Shown here: positions 38,537 through 49,452 of the stretch, one piece after another | Numbering within the stretch: position 1 is the stretch's first letter | How the letters are laid out: each line of letters starts with the position of its first letter | Assembly (NCBI GenBank): GCA_032117235.1 | Contig: JAULZW010000003.1 | Span: 2,798 to 66,797 of the forward strand | DNA from: Minisyncoccota bacterium | Lineage (GTDB): Bacteria; Patescibacteriota; Minisyncoccia; SW-4-49-11 | Length of the DNA stretch: 64,000 nucleotides | Reading direction: 5' to 3' | Notes under the pieces: generated by a model | What the model saw: the letters and a program-made list of their open reading frames with translations, nothing else | What the model was told of the DNA's origin: nothing | Database searches by the model: none | Made by a program: the position numbers and the translations under genes

Positions 38537-39205
38537 TTATTCAATATAACAGTATGTTTTTAAGTTTTTATGTGAGTATAAGTATTCTAGTGGCCAGTTT
38601 TGAAATTCAATTACATTTTTTAGATTGTTTTGTAGCTGTGTATACTTCTCTTTGCCTTTGATTAAAATTATAATTTGTTCTGAATTGTATATGTATTCTG
38701 GACTTAAACTTAGTCTATCTCTAGTCGGGTAATTTTCTGGAGCTTGGGTAATAATGGCTTTGTCTAAATTCTGTTTCTGCCAGTACTCTCCTCCTGCAAA
38801 AAGTGAGGCAAAATGACCATCTATGCCCATACCGAGTATAGTGATGCCGAGTTTTGGTGGGAGTTGGGATTTTGTTTTAGCTAATGAATCTTGAATTTGG
38901 TCTGAATATTCAAATCTAATAATTTCTCTAAAACCTACATTATCAAAACTATTGGATATACTTTGCCAATTTGACTCTGGATCAGTTTCGGATACATATC
39001 GCTCATCCACTTGGATTAAGTTAATTTTTGAGAAATCTAAACTTTGCTGAGCTAATTCCTTATAAATCATAAAAGGGGTCGCGCCACCTGATACAGCTAA
39101 ATTAGTCGTACCTATAGACTTAATTTGCTCATATAGACTTTTAGCTATAACTTCAGTGCTAGATTGTATCCAATCTTGTTCTTGAGTAAAAGTGTGTATA
39201 TTCAT
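38537..39205 (-). CDS. pgl: 6-phosphogluconolactonase
   Basis: SGGATP, VDERYV, LGMGIDGHFASLF, RLSL. Confidence 0.85.
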   Translation of the reverse strand: MNIHTFTQEQDWIQSSTEVIAKSLYEQIKSIGTTNLAVSGGATPFMIYKELAQQSLDFSKINLIQVDERYVSETDPESNWQSISNSFDNVGFREIIRFEYSDQIQDSLAKTKSQLPPKLGITILGMGIDGHFASLFAGGEYWQKQNLDKAIITQAPENYPTRDRLSLSPEYIYNSEQIIILIKGKEKYTQLQNNLKNVIEFQNWPLEYLYSHKNLKTYCYIE

Positions 39206-39266
39206 ATTTAATATTATAACACATTCTGAATATGCTATAATATTAAAAAGGAAATATTTATTTTAT

Positions 39267-42200
39267 ATGCAAGAATTTGTTCATCTCAACACTCGTTCTC
39301 ATTACAGTATCTTAGAGGCTATCGGTTCTATTGGTGATATTATTAATAAAGCTCAAGAGTTTGGGTTTAAGGAAATTGCTCTTACTGATGTCAATAATAT
39401 GTTTGGGGCGATTGAATTTTATGAAAAAGCGACTAAAGCAAACCTAAAACCAATTTTGGGTGTCAATTTATCTGTGACTAGTCTAGACGGAGATATTTCT
39501 AAGCCTTATAGTTTAACTTTATTAGCTAAATCTTATCAGGGCTATACTAATTTGATTGAATTAGTATCATTAGTACGGATTAACTCTAATCAACCAGTTT
39601 CTATAGAGAATTTGACCAAATATAGTCAGGATTTAATTTGTTTGTCAGGGAATTATCAGTCTGAAATATCAGATTATCTTTTACATAATCCCAATCTAGT
39701 CCAAAATTGGTTGGATATTTATAGTAAAATTTTTCAAAATAATTTATATTTGGAACTTCTGCCACTCGTGAATACTCCAGATCAAGTTAAAGTCAATAGC
39801 CTTATAATTGATCTGGGTAAAAAACACAGTATACCAATAGTTCTGACAGCTCAGAGTATGTATCTTGAGCCAAATCAAAGGACTGCCCATGATATTATGC
39901 TGGCCATTAAAAATAAAACTAATATTCAAAATCTGGATAGAGTCACTTTTGTGGGAGAGGATTATTCTCTCAAGTCAGTTGATGAAATGCAAAGACTGGC
40001 TAAAGAGCTAAAGATACCAGAAGAAGCCCTAACTAATACTAGTCTAATTGCTGATAAATGTAATGTGGAAATTCCATTATACCAAATTCAGTTACCAAAA
40101 TTTGACGTACCTCCTTTAGAAAATGGAGAAATTTTAGACAATGAAAAATATCTCAAATTTTTATGTGAAAAAGGTATTCAAAAAAGATATGTTTCACAAG
40201 ATAAAAAAGAAATTTTGGAAAGGCTAGACTATGAATTTGGAGTTATTAAAAATGCTGGATATATTGACTATTTTTTAATTGTTTCAGATTTTATTACTTG
40301 GGCAAAAAATAATAATATTTTAGTTGGACCGGGTAGAGGTTCTGCTGCTGGTAGCTTAGTAGCATATCTGCTCGAGATTACAGATATTGACCCTTTAGCC
40401 TATCAATTATTGTTTGAAAGATTTCTTAATCCTGCTCGTGTTTCTATGCCCGATATAGATATTGATTTTCAAGATAATAAAAGAGAATTAGTATTAAATT
40501 ATGTAGCTCAAAAATATGGACAAGATCATGTAGCCCAAATTTGTACCTTTGGAACTATGGCTGCTAAAGCTGCAATTCGAGATACTGGTAGAGCCTTAGG
40601 GTATTCTTATGGTTTATGTGATTCTATTGCTAAATTAATTGAGCAGAAAACTATAGCCAAATCCTTAGCAAATTCTAGAGAATTAAGAGGTCGTTATGAA
40701 CAGGAAGAAAAAGTAACAACCCTTATAAATACCGCCCAACAATTAGAAGGTTCCATCCGGCACACCTCCACTCATGCTTGTGCTGTAGTGATTTCTCCTA
40801 AAAAACTAACACATTATACTCCCTTACAAACCTCTGAGTCGGGAGGAAAAACCTCTATAACTACTCAATACGAAATGCATGCTATTGAAGATTTAGGTTT
40901 ACTTAAAATGGACTTTTTAGGACTATCTAACCTCTCTACTATTGAAACAACCCTTAACTTAATTCAATCTCAAACTGGAACAAACATAGATATTAACAAT
41001 TTAGACACTACCGACAAATTAACCTACAAATTATTCCAAAAAGGTCAAACTACTGGAGTCTTTCAATTTGAGTCCCAAGGTATGAAAAAAGCTCTAATTG
41101 GACTAAAGCCATCTGAATTTAATGACCTAATTGCTATGGTCTCTCTATATAGACCAGGACCTATGGAGCTTATACCAACCTACATTGCTCGTAAACACAA
41201 AAAAGAAGAGGTGACTTATTTACATCCAAATTTAGAATCTATTTTGAAGCCAACTTACGGTATTATGATTTATCAGGAGCAATTGATGCAAGCCTCTCAA
41301 GCCGTGGCTGGATTTTCTTTACCAGAAGCCGATACTTTGAGAAAAGCTGTCGGAAAAAAGATTAAAGAATTGATGGAAGAACAAAAAATTAATATTATTG
41401 AGGGTGCTGTAAAACAAGGTATATCAAGAGAAATAGGAGAAAAACTCTGGGAATTAATCGAACCTTTTGGAGATTATGGATTTAATAAATCTCATGCAGC
41501 TTGTTATGCTATGATAGCTTATCAGACGGCTTATCTCAAAGCTCATTATCCCCTACAATTTATGGTGGCTCTACTCAATAGTGATGCTAAGGATATGACA
41601 AGAATCGCTATTGACATCACAGAGGCAAGACAATTAGGACTTATAATTAAGCCTCCTAGTGTGAATGTTAGCCAAGCTAACTTTACAGGTAGTGATAATA
41701 CTATATTCTATGGGCTTGGAAGTATCAAGAATATGAGTAGTAATTTAGCTGAATATATTGAGCAGGAAAGAAATAAAAATGGACAGTTTCAGTCTCTGGA
41801 GGATTTTATTAACCGAATTCCAGCTAAAGAATTAAATAAAAAGAATCTGGAAGCTCTTGTCAAAGCCGGAGCTTTAGATGAATTTGAGCCTAGACATATT
41901 CTAATTCATAATTTAGATAATATTTTAAGTTTTATAAAAACCTTAGCCAATCAAAATACTGATAATATACCCCAAAACTCTCTATTCGGATCTACTGTAA
42001 TAACAACTCCAAAATTAGAATTAGAGAATATAAAAACAAATCAAACCGAGAACTTAAATCAAATTCTAGAGCTAGAAAATATATATTTAGGGCTTTGGAT
42101 ATCTACTCACCCAATTAATGAATACAAAAACATACTAGAAGAGTTAAAATTACTCAATATAAAAGAAATTAAAGAAGCTAAAAGAAAATCTAATCTAATC

Positions 42201-42791
42201 TTAACTGGAGTAATTAAGGATATTAAGATTATCAATACTAAAAGTGGGGCTAAGATGGCCTTTCTCAATCTAGAAGATATCTCAGATAATATAGAGGTAA
42301 TCATTTTCCCTAGTATATACCGAACTCTTGGGGAGGAACTCAATACAGGAGCTGGTTTTGCAATAAAAGGAAAGAGGCAAGATAAAGACGGAGTGTCTCA
42401 ATTTATAGCCTCAGAGGCCAAAGTTTTAAAAGCTGAAGACATTCAAAAATGGACTACTTCCAAATCTTCAACATCCCTCAGTAATTCTGTAGAGGAGATT
42501 GGTTTTGATACTCCAGAGTATACAGAACAAGATTCTCAAGACAATATCCCCACCACCCAAGACGGAGCTGAAATAGTCGGGATAAACATAATCATACCCC
42601 CATACGCCACACCAGAAGCTTTACAAAAAGTTAAAGATATATTAACTCGTGAAGCTCGTGGCAAATGCCCAGTCTACCTCATCGCCAATTATAATACCCC
42701 AAAAATGCAAGTCAAAGCCACTAATTTCTCAGTCCATTATTCCGATGAATTAGTTGCTAGAATTAGATATATTTTGAATAATCCGGAGTGA
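39267..42791 (+). CDS. dnaE: DNA polymerase III alpha subunit (start MQEFVHL at 39267)
   Basis: PHP domain, GPGRGSAAGS, MPDIDIDF, KMDFLGL, YGFNKSH, OB fold. Confidence 0.97.
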   Translation: MQEFVHLNTRSHYSILEAIGSIGDIINKAQEFGFKEIALTDVNNMFGAIEFYEKATKANLKPILGVNLSVTSLDGDISKPYSLTLLAKSYQGYTNLIELVSLVRINSNQPVSIENLTKYSQDLICLSGNYQSEISDYLLHNPNLVQNWLDIYSKIFQNNLYLELLPLVNTPDQVKVNSLIIDLGKKHSIPIVLTAQSMYLEPNQRTAHDIMLAIKNKTNIQNLDRVTFVGEDYSLKSVDEMQRLAKELKIPEEALTNTSLIADKCNVEIPLYQIQLPKFDVPPLENGEILDNEKYLKFLCEKGIQKRYVSQDKKEILERLDYEFGVIKNAGYIDYFLIVSDFITWAKNNNILVGPGRGSAAGSLVAYLLEITDIDPLAYQLLFERFLNPARVSMPDIDIDFQDNKRELVLNYVAQKYGQDHVAQICTFGTMAAKAAIRDTGRALGYSYGLCDSIAKLIEQKTIAKSLANSRELRGRYEQEEKVTTLINTAQQLEGSIRHTSTHACAVVISPKKLTHYTPLQTSESGGKTSITTQYEMHAIEDLGLLKMDFLGLSNLSTIETTLNLIQSQTGTNIDINNLDTTDKLTYKLFQKGQTTGVFQFESQGMKKALIGLKPSEFNDLIAMVSLYRPGPMELIPTYIARKHKKEEVTYLHPNLESILKPTYGIMIYQEQLMQASQAVAGFSLPEADTLRKAVGKKIKELMEEQKINIIEGAVKQGISREIGEKLWELIEPFGDYGFNKSHAACYAMIAYQTAYLKAHYPLQFMVALLNSDAKDMTRIAIDITEARQLGLIIKPPSVNVSQANFTGSDNTIFYGLGSIKNMSSNLAEYIEQERNKNGQFQSLEDFINRIPAKELNKKNLEALVKAGALDEFEPRHILIHNLDNILSFIKTLANQNTDNIPQNSLFGSTVITTPKLELENIKTNQTENLNQILELENIYLGLWISTHPINEYKNILEELKLLNIKEIKEAKRKSNLILTGVIKDIKIINTKSGAKMAFLNLEDISDNIEVIIFPSIYRTLGEELNTGAGFAIKGKRQDKDGVSQFIASEAKVLKAEDIQKWTTSKSSTSLSNSVEEIGFDTPEYTEQDSQDNIPTTQDGAEIVGINIIIPPYATPEALQKVKDILTREARGKCPVYLIANYNTPKMQVKATNFSVHYSDELVARIRYILNNPE

Positions 42792-43568
42792 TTACTCCTC
42801 CAACTCAGCTTTACCAGCCTTCAAATCTCTATAATATTGAGAAATTTCTAATAGTTCTGACTCGGTGTAAAATTTTAACTCTGGATAAGATGAGATTAGT
42901 GAGGTGTCTAATATTCCCACAGCTTGGTCTAGAGTTTTGAGTCTATGAGCTACTACAAAAGTAATAGAAGATTGGGATAATTCATCTATCATTTGGGTAA
43001 TTGCTTTTTCACTAATTTCGTCCAGAGATGAGGTTGGCTCATCAATCAAGATTAAACTTGGTTTATAATGTTTAGCTCTTAAATATAATCCAGCAAAATT
43101 CAATCTTTGTCTTTGGCCTCCAGATAAATTTACTCCGCCCTCTCCTATTAAGGTCTCAAGACCCTCTTTATTCTCAAAAAGACTCCATAAACCTACTCGC
43201 CTCAAGACATCAATCAAATACTCATCCTTATTTAAAACCTCATCTTCTTGAATTCCAAAAACTAAATTCTCGCGTAAAGTTCCTCTCAGAGCAGTAGCTG
43301 TTTGCATTTGTACAGCTATGATATTTCGTCGCTCTTTATCCCCCACTTTATATATATTAACTTTATCTACTAAAACTTGACCCTTTTTAGGGTTTAATTG
43401 TCCTCCTAATATAGATAATAATGTAGTTTTACCTGTTCCAGAGGGTCCAATGATTCCATATAATTTATTCTTTTGACTTTGAGCCACTTCTAAAACAAGA
43501 GCATTATTTTGAAATACTTTTGTCTTCTCATAGGAATAATATAATTTTTTTACGTGAATTGAATGCAT
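42792..43568 (-). CDS. ABC exporter ATP-binding domain (stand-alone)
   Basis: GPSGTGKTT, LSGGQRQ, LIDEPTSSLD, VAHRL. Confidence 0.9.
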   Translation of the reverse strand: MHSIHVKKLYYSYEKTKVFQNNALVLEVAQSQKNKLYGIIGPSGTGKTTLLSILGGQLNPKKGQVLVDKVNIYKVGDKERRNIIAVQMQTATALRGTLRENLVFGIQEDEVLNKDEYLIDVLRRVGLWSLFENKEGLETLIGEGGVNLSGGQRQRLNFAGLYLRAKHYKPSLILIDEPTSSLDEISEKAITQMIDELSQSSITFVVAHRLKTLDQAVGILDTSLISSYPELKFYTESELLEISQYYRDLKAGKAELEE

Positions 43569-43577
43569 ATTTTTATC

Positions 43578-44597
43578 TTAAACTGGATAACTAGAATCTC
43601 CATATTCTCGAATATAGGTGTATAGGTTTTTGATTTTTTCTATATTAGAAACTAACCTTTCAACATCTCTACCCGCCAATACAATACTATAAGTTGAGAT
43701 ATACATAGTAATTAAAGCAATTGCTGTAATTACATCTAAGTCTCCTATCTTAACCAGATTTAAAATAAGTAAAGCTATGCCCATAAAGAATATCCCGTAT
43801 AAAACTCTTGGGATAAAAGCTGTTGAGATAAAACTCATCCAAACTGTTGTTTGTACTTCTCCGGTTCTAATATTAGTTTTTTTAATTTTCTTAATATGTT
43901 CTGGAGTAGCAAAGCTAGACCTAATCAGAGCAACTTGTTGCAAACTCTCCACCTCAACTTGAGATTGTATATCTGCTTGATCATTGTCTTTAGGGGTTAC
44001 CTTTTTAGCTATAAAAATCTGGCTTATTGTAGATATAGTTAACATTATTATTAAACTACCAGCAGCTATAATACCTATTGTGAAGTCATAGTATATAAAT
44101 GAGACTAGAATTACACTAATTTGAATTATAAATCGTAGTAAATTAAATGTTAGGATATCAGTGGTGTTTTCATAAGCACCTACGGCTCTATTAATTTTGG
44201 AAATAATTTTACCAGACTCTCTAGTACTGTGGTGAATTGGGTCAACTTTGACAAAGAATATATAAGCTGAATTTGAGACGCTTCCCATAATACCAGCCTC
44301 GGCCAAAACATAGCTTCTCATATGTGTCTGAACTATTATAGATAACATTATAAAAATAATTCCCAAAGATACCACTAAGGTTATGTCCTGAGTTTTAATC
44401 GCATAATTTATAATCAAAGGTAGGGTAGTAAAAAACACCCATACTATAACTTCCGCCATTAAAGAAATTCCCAATCTCACCCAATATCTCTTATAAACAT
44501 TATACCAAGGTAAATTAAAGTCTACTGGATGAATTCTGATATTCCCCACCATTCCAAATAATTTCTCTAGAAAGTTATAGACTTTCAAATTTTGCAT
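43578..44597 (-). CDS. ABC exporter transmembrane domain (stand-alone)
   Basis: Six TM helices; HHSTRESGKIISKINR coupling-helix pattern. Confidence 0.8.
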   Translation of the reverse strand: MQNLKVYNFLEKLFGMVGNIRIHPVDFNLPWYNVYKRYWVRLGISLMAEVIVWVFFTTLPLIINYAIKTQDITLVVSLGIIFIMLSIIVQTHMRSYVLAEAGIMGSVSNSAYIFFVKVDPIHHSTRESGKIISKINRAVGAYENTTDILTFNLLRFIIQISVILVSFIYYDFTIGIIAAGSLIIMLTISTISQIFIAKKVTPKDNDQADIQSQVEVESLQQVALIRSSFATPEHIKKIKKTNIRTGEVQTTVWMSFISTAFIPRVLYGIFFMGIALLILNLVKIGDLDVITAIALITMYISTYSIVLAGRDVERLVSNIEKIKNLYTYIREYGDSSYPV

Positions 44598-44757
44598 AGC
44601 CTAAAATATATTATATATAAGCCTATTATAAATTATATTTAGATTTTTGTAAAATTTTATTTGCAAAAAATTTAATTTTAGTTTATAATACGATTTAGTC
44701 TTAAATTAGACCTTATTTGTTATTGTTAACTATAAACCCTGCCTTATTTTTTGTTTT

Positions 44758-45780
44758 ATGTCAAGAAATGTTTATATAAGTTCAGTCATTAATCTAACGT
44801 CTAAAATTTTATCCACCAAAGAGAAAAATGATTCTCATAGTTCTTGTGATTCTTATCGTAATATAGAGTGGTCAAAATATTCTCAGACTTATCATAATTT
44901 ACTTTATAGCAATCCTGTATCTGAAGTATTGGGAGTGAAAAATTTTTTACATCTTGATGGAACAAAATATAAGTCAGAATATAAATATAAATTAAATTTA
45001 GATAAAATTCTAAAGGATAGTCTAGTTAAGAGACCTAAGATGATTTGGCTACCTTGTATTGATGAGAGAATACAGTATTTGACCGCTTCTCACCATGCTT
45101 TATCACTTGGAATTCCTGGTTGTGAATGTTTAATGTCAGTTGAGGAAAAATTACAAATGGCAGATAATATAATCGCTGTGTGTGAAGATAATCCAACTAT
45201 TGAGGAAATTGTAGTCTCATCTCACTCCAAATGTGGAGCTGTAGCTCATACTCTAGCTAAAAAAAGTTCTAAGCCAGTTTTGAGTAAAATTTTAGATAAA
45301 TTCCAAAATCAAGATAAAGTCCTAGATTCAGCCAGTGAGCGATATGCTTCTGGCTTTGCTAGTATTCTAACTACTAGACTACAAGAGCAAAATTCTCAAG
45401 TCTCTGTCCGAACCCATCACTTCAATTTTCAAGAATTACATTCCAAACATTTACATCATGCTTTTGGAGCAATTGTAAACTTCAACCCCCTACTCAACGG
45501 AGCTGAATTGGAAGAAAATTTAGAAGTTCCGATGTTTAACATTTATGCCGGTGGGCAAGACGCTAAACAGATTATGCAAAATATAGAATTAGCAATAGAC
45601 ATAGCTTCTAGCTCTGAAGGATTTAGTTGCGAGTATATCAATCAAGACAATCCTTTTATACTGTTGTTCGCTATCACTAAAAAAGATAAGTTATCTATGT
45701 CTAAAATTCAATCTGTATTAACACAAATTAAAGACAAAAATTATCCTTTAGAATTAGTTTATACAATTTTAGAAGGCTAG
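44758..45780 (+). CDS. Beta-carbonic-anhydrase-like metal-binding protein
   Basis: CIDER and HSKCGA motifs. Confidence 0.5.
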   Translation: MSRNVYISSVINLTSKILSTKEKNDSHSSCDSYRNIEWSKYSQTYHNLLYSNPVSEVLGVKNFLHLDGTKYKSEYKYKLNLDKILKDSLVKRPKMIWLPCIDERIQYLTASHHALSLGIPGCECLMSVEEKLQMADNIIAVCEDNPTIEEIVVSSHSKCGAVAHTLAKKSSKPVLSKILDKFQNQDKVLDSASERYASGFASILTTRLQEQNSQVSVRTHHFNFQELHSKHLHHAFGAIVNFNPLLNGAELEENLEVPMFNIYAGGQDAKQIMQNIELAIDIASSSEGFSCEYINQDNPFILLFAITKKDKLSMSKIQSVLTQIKDKNYPLELVYTILEG

Positions 45781-46020
45781 AAACTATAGTTTTAAATTTT
45801 ATAAAAATTATCATAGTGTCAAAAAAAGACAAGAGATCTCCTTACAAACTGGGCGAAGTGCCTTCATTTTTCACACATCAATTGCCTATAAAGTAAATTT
45901 ATAGAATAATATAAAATTCACAGCCCATACTGTAGATAGAACATTTCAAATAGTTTAATTCATAATTTTCATATTTCTATGCTAAAATATAATTAGTTAT
46001 AAATTTATAAAATTAAAAAT

Positions 46021-47211
46021 ATGTCTAAATATAAATCAAAAACTAAAAAATATATTATAATATCAATTATTGTACTTATTGTAATAACTTTAGCAATTTT
46101 TCTGATTAACTATACCGCTATACTTAAGACTCCTCAAATTAAAACTGGATCTAAACTAGAAGTAGATAGTAGTACTATTTCCAAAAGCATAGATTATAAA
46201 TACACATCCATAGCTTCCAATCTATATGTGCCTTGGAGTATTGTCTTCCCGACTGAGAATAGTATGTATATTGCTCAGAGATCGGGCGAGATATTATATT
46301 ACAAAAACTCTCAACCTCAACCTAATTTTTATAAATTTTCTGAGATTAGCGCGACCAATGAAGAAGGTTTGATGGGTATGGTTTTGGATCCTGACTATCC
46401 AAATTCTCCTTATATTTATACTTCTCTTGCCTATGAAGAGAATAATCAGATGTTTGTAAAAATAGTAAGATTAACAGATACAAATAATCAAGCTAAAGAG
46501 GTTAAAATACTCCTAGACAAAATTCCAGCTGCCAAATTTCACGCTGGATCCAGACTTAGATTTGGACCAGACAAAAAACTATATGTAACCACTGGAGATG
46601 CCACTAAAAAAGAAATTGCTCAAGATCTTAATTCACTAGGTGGTAAAATTCTAAGGATGAATAAAGATGGGAGTATACCAGAGGATAATCCTTTTAGCAA
46701 TTCTTATATTTATTCTTATGGGCATCGCAATCCTCAGGGTATAGATTTTGATCCTATTTCTGGAGTTTTATTCTCTACCGAGCATGGACCTTCATTATTT
46801 GACGGAGCAGCTGGAGGAGATGAGTTTAATAGAATTTTACCTGGTAAAGACTATGGTTGGCCAAAAGTCTCTCATACCGAGTCTACTCCTGAGGCTATTG
46901 ATCCCCTTCTAGTCTTCACTCCTGCCGTAGCTCCAGCTTCTGGAGTATTTTATACTGGAGATAAATATCCTGAGCTCAAAAATACTTTCTTATTTGGCGG
47001 TCTTAGAGGCGAGGGTATATTTGTAATTTATCTAGATGAATCAAGACAAGAGGTAAAGTCTTATGAGAAATTAACTATAGCCGAAGGTAGGATACGAGAT
47101 ATAGCCGTCTCACCTGATGGATATATTTATTTTTCCACCTCCAATCAAGATGGAAGAGGTAATCCAACCGATAAAAGTGATCAGATTTTCCGAATAGAGC
47201 CAGTGGATTAA
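46021..47211 (+). CDS. PQQ-dependent sugar dehydrogenase (GSDH family)
   Basis: PWSIVF, FHAGSRLRFGPDKKLYVTTGD, YGHRNPQG, EHGP, GRIRDI. Confidence 0.92.
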   Translation: MSKYKSKTKKYIIISIIVLIVITLAIFLINYTAILKTPQIKTGSKLEVDSSTISKSIDYKYTSIASNLYVPWSIVFPTENSMYIAQRSGEILYYKNSQPQPNFYKFSEISATNEEGLMGMVLDPDYPNSPYIYTSLAYEENNQMFVKIVRLTDTNNQAKEVKILLDKIPAAKFHAGSRLRFGPDKKLYVTTGDATKKEIAQDLNSLGGKILRMNKDGSIPEDNPFSNSYIYSYGHRNPQGIDFDPISGVLFSTEHGPSLFDGAAGGDEFNRILPGKDYGWPKVSHTESTPEAIDPLLVFTPAVAPASGVFYTGDKYPELKNTFLFGGLRGEGIFVIYLDESRQEVKSYEKLTIAEGRIRDIAVSPDGYIYFSTSNQDGRGNPTDKSDQIFRIEPVD

Positions 47212-47273
47212 AAGAAAAAAGCCCGAGCCTAGTGGCGCGGGCTTAAGAAAGGAAACTATTTTTTATTAACTAT

Positions 47274-47555
47274 TTACACTGGAATAGCATCAATTAAGTT
47301 TATTCCCTGAGTAGTGATTACTTGAGGTCCTCTACTTTCATCTACAAAAAGTACAGTATACTCTGTGTTTGGTTCAGGTAATGGAGTAGCTGACTGAAAG
47401 ACCACTTTTTTTCCTTCTAACATCGCAGCAAGGTTGTAATGTAGTAATTCTGGTCTTTGATTTAAGATAGACCTTCCTAAAACTTGTATCTCTTCATAAT
47501 TTTTAATATGCAATTTTGAGTATGAGGTGGAAACTAATTGTGTGGTCGATGTCAT
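47274..47555 (-). CDS. Hypothetical protein
   Basis: 93-aa ORF with its own terminator hairpin at 47216-47245. Confidence 0.5.
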   Translation of the reverse strand: MTSTTQLVSTSYSKLHIKNYEEIQVLGRSILNQRPELLHYNLAAMLEGKKVVFQSATPLPEPNTEYTVLFVDESRGPQVITTQGINLIDAIPV

Positions 47556-47654
47556 TGAATGGGCTGAAAAAACCTTAAATACAATACACTAATTCACACA
47601 GTTTGTAAAGTCTTTAATACTTTGTTAAAATATAAATAATTAAAACTACATACT

Positions 47655-47930
47655 ATGACTAAATTAAATTCTACCGAAATTATATCCCAAATCAACTCTA
47701 ATTGGCAATTATCCGAGAATCAAGATTTATTATCTCGTCGTTTTGAACTCAATACTTTTTCAGAGGCTTTAGATTTAGTGAATAAAATTGGAAAAATTGC
47801 AGAAGAACAAGTGCATCACCCAGATATTAATCTTGGTTGGGGTTATGTAGAAGTTTATCTTAGCACTCATGATATTGGAGGTATTTCTGAGAAAGATATT
47901 ATCTTAGCTAAGGCTATTGATAAGTTATAA
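47655..47930 (+). CDS. phhB: Pterin-4-alpha-carbinolamine dehydratase
   Basis: AEEQVHHPDI...LSTHDIGGISEKD. Confidence 0.92.
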   Translation: MTKLNSTEIISQINSNWQLSENQDLLSRRFELNTFSEALDLVNKIGKIAEEQVHHPDINLGWGYVEVYLSTHDIGGISEKDIILAKAIDKL

Positions 47931-48164
47931 AATACTATTATTTTTGCTACTAAGTTTTGTCAAAAGTATATAATTTAGTTTGTTTTAATTATTTTGAAAA
48001 AGATAAACTTAATATAAAGTTATATTGATTAGCTTTAGCTATTAAGATTGAGATTTGAGCATTCATAAATTATCTTAAATCCTGTCAAGTTATACACATA
48101 TTTTCTTATCTATATATATAATCCCTGTAAAACATTATTTGTAAGCCATTTATTGGTGTTTTTA

Positions 48165-48193
48165 TTGACAAATTTTTATAGATAGTATATAAT
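48165..48193 (+). promoter_or_regulatory. Consensus sigma70 promoter
   Basis: TTGACA-17 nt-TATAAT. Confidence 0.75.
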
Positions 48194-48276
48194 AATTTCG
48201 AATCTAAAATCATTAGACAAGGTTGATTTTGAGTCAAGACTTATGTCTGTTTGTTCCGTTTTGAAGTTCGAATTCC

Positions 48277-49407
48277 TTGTATTTAGTTAAGAATCCTATT
48301 AGTACCGTTGTTTTTAAATTATCCAAAAACCAGGTGACTCGATTCATAAAAAGTGCTACTAAGCACACACAAGATAGAATTAGTTGGATTATTCTTACTG
48401 CTGTGGTAGGTATAGTTGTTTTCAGTAATATGGCCTATGCTGGCAAACTTCCAATTAGCTCTACTCTTATAAATAACAGTAATTTAGGAGGTCCATTAGA
48501 TGCATCTTTAGCTTCTGTAGGAGTTTTACAGGCTAATGGAATTTTGGGCTTGCCTAGTGATGAAAGTTTGAATTCTAATATACCAACTACAGATTCTAAT
48601 ATTATTAATGTAGTTAATGCTCCTCAAGGTTATACGGAACAGGGTTCTAATCCAATAATTAGAGAGTATATTGTACAGGAAGGTGATACCTTAGAAAGTA
48701 TTTCTAAGAAATTTAGTATCTCAATTGAGACTATCGCTATTGCAAATGGATTAAAAGATTTAAAACAAAATCCAGCAGTAAATACTACCCTTGCTATTTT
48801 ACCTAAAGATGGAATTGAAATTGGTATTAATGAATCTCAATCATTAAATCAAATTGCTAATAGATATGGGGTTTCTGAACAAGTTATTAGAGATTATAAT
48901 AATTTGCAAGGAAATATAGCTATGGGTACTAATGTTATTGTTCCTGATGCACAGGTTCCAAATAAAGAGAAACCATTCCCTACTGATCCTGTAGAAGAGC
49001 CTAAACCTAGAATATTACCTAGAAAAACTAATGTAGCTCGAGCTAGTAATTTACCTACCAATGATGGTTACTTTGCTTACCCTACTACTGGTAATAATTA
49101 TGGTAGGATTCACTCTAATAATGGGGTAGATATTAGTAACTCTTGTGGAACTCCTATTTATGCTTCTGCAGATGGTGTAGTTACAACTTCTCAAAATGGT
49201 TGGAATGGTGGTTATGGTAACTATATCAAAATAACTCATCCAAATGGAGTTGTAACACTTTATGCTCACCTTAGTTCTAGAGAATTACAAGCTGGAACTA
49301 ATGTAGCTAAAGGTCAATATATTGGAGCTATGGGAACTACAGGAAACTCTACTGGATGTCATTTACACTTTGAAGTTAGAGGAGCTAGAAACCCTTTAGC
49401 TAGGTAA
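48277..49407 (+). CDS. LysM plus M23 peptidase (start uncertain)
   Basis: YIVQEGDTLESISKKF (LysM); HSNNGVD, TLYAHL, GNSTGCHLHFEV. Confidence 0.9.
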   Translation: MYLVKNPISTVVFKLSKNQVTRFIKSATKHTQDRISWIILTAVVGIVVFSNMAYAGKLPISSTLINNSNLGGPLDASLASVGVLQANGILGLPSDESLNSNIPTTDSNIINVVNAPQGYTEQGSNPIIREYIVQEGDTLESISKKFSISIETIAIANGLKDLKQNPAVNTTLAILPKDGIEIGINESQSLNQIANRYGVSEQVIRDYNNLQGNIAMGTNVIVPDAQVPNKEKPFPTDPVEEPKPRILPRKTNVARASNLPTNDGYFAYPTTGNNYGRIHSNNGVDISNSCGTPIYASADGVVTTSQNGWNGGYGNYIKITHPNGVVTLYAHLSSRELQAGTNVAKGQYIGAMGTTGNSTGCHLHFEVRGARNPLAR

Positions 49408-49417
49408 ATAAAGTTAT

Positions 49418-49449
49418 AAAAAAGAAGTCTATTATAAACTTCTTTTTTT
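49418..49449. terminator. Bidirectional terminator
   Basis: AAAAAAGAAGT...ACTTCTTTTTT between convergent genes. Confidence 0.6.
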
Positions 49450-49452
49450 ATT

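Noticed and set aside
39192-39266. N-terminal extension of DnaE from GTG 39192
   Set aside because: Overlaps the divergent pgl start; the conserved FVHL motif begins right after ATG 39267
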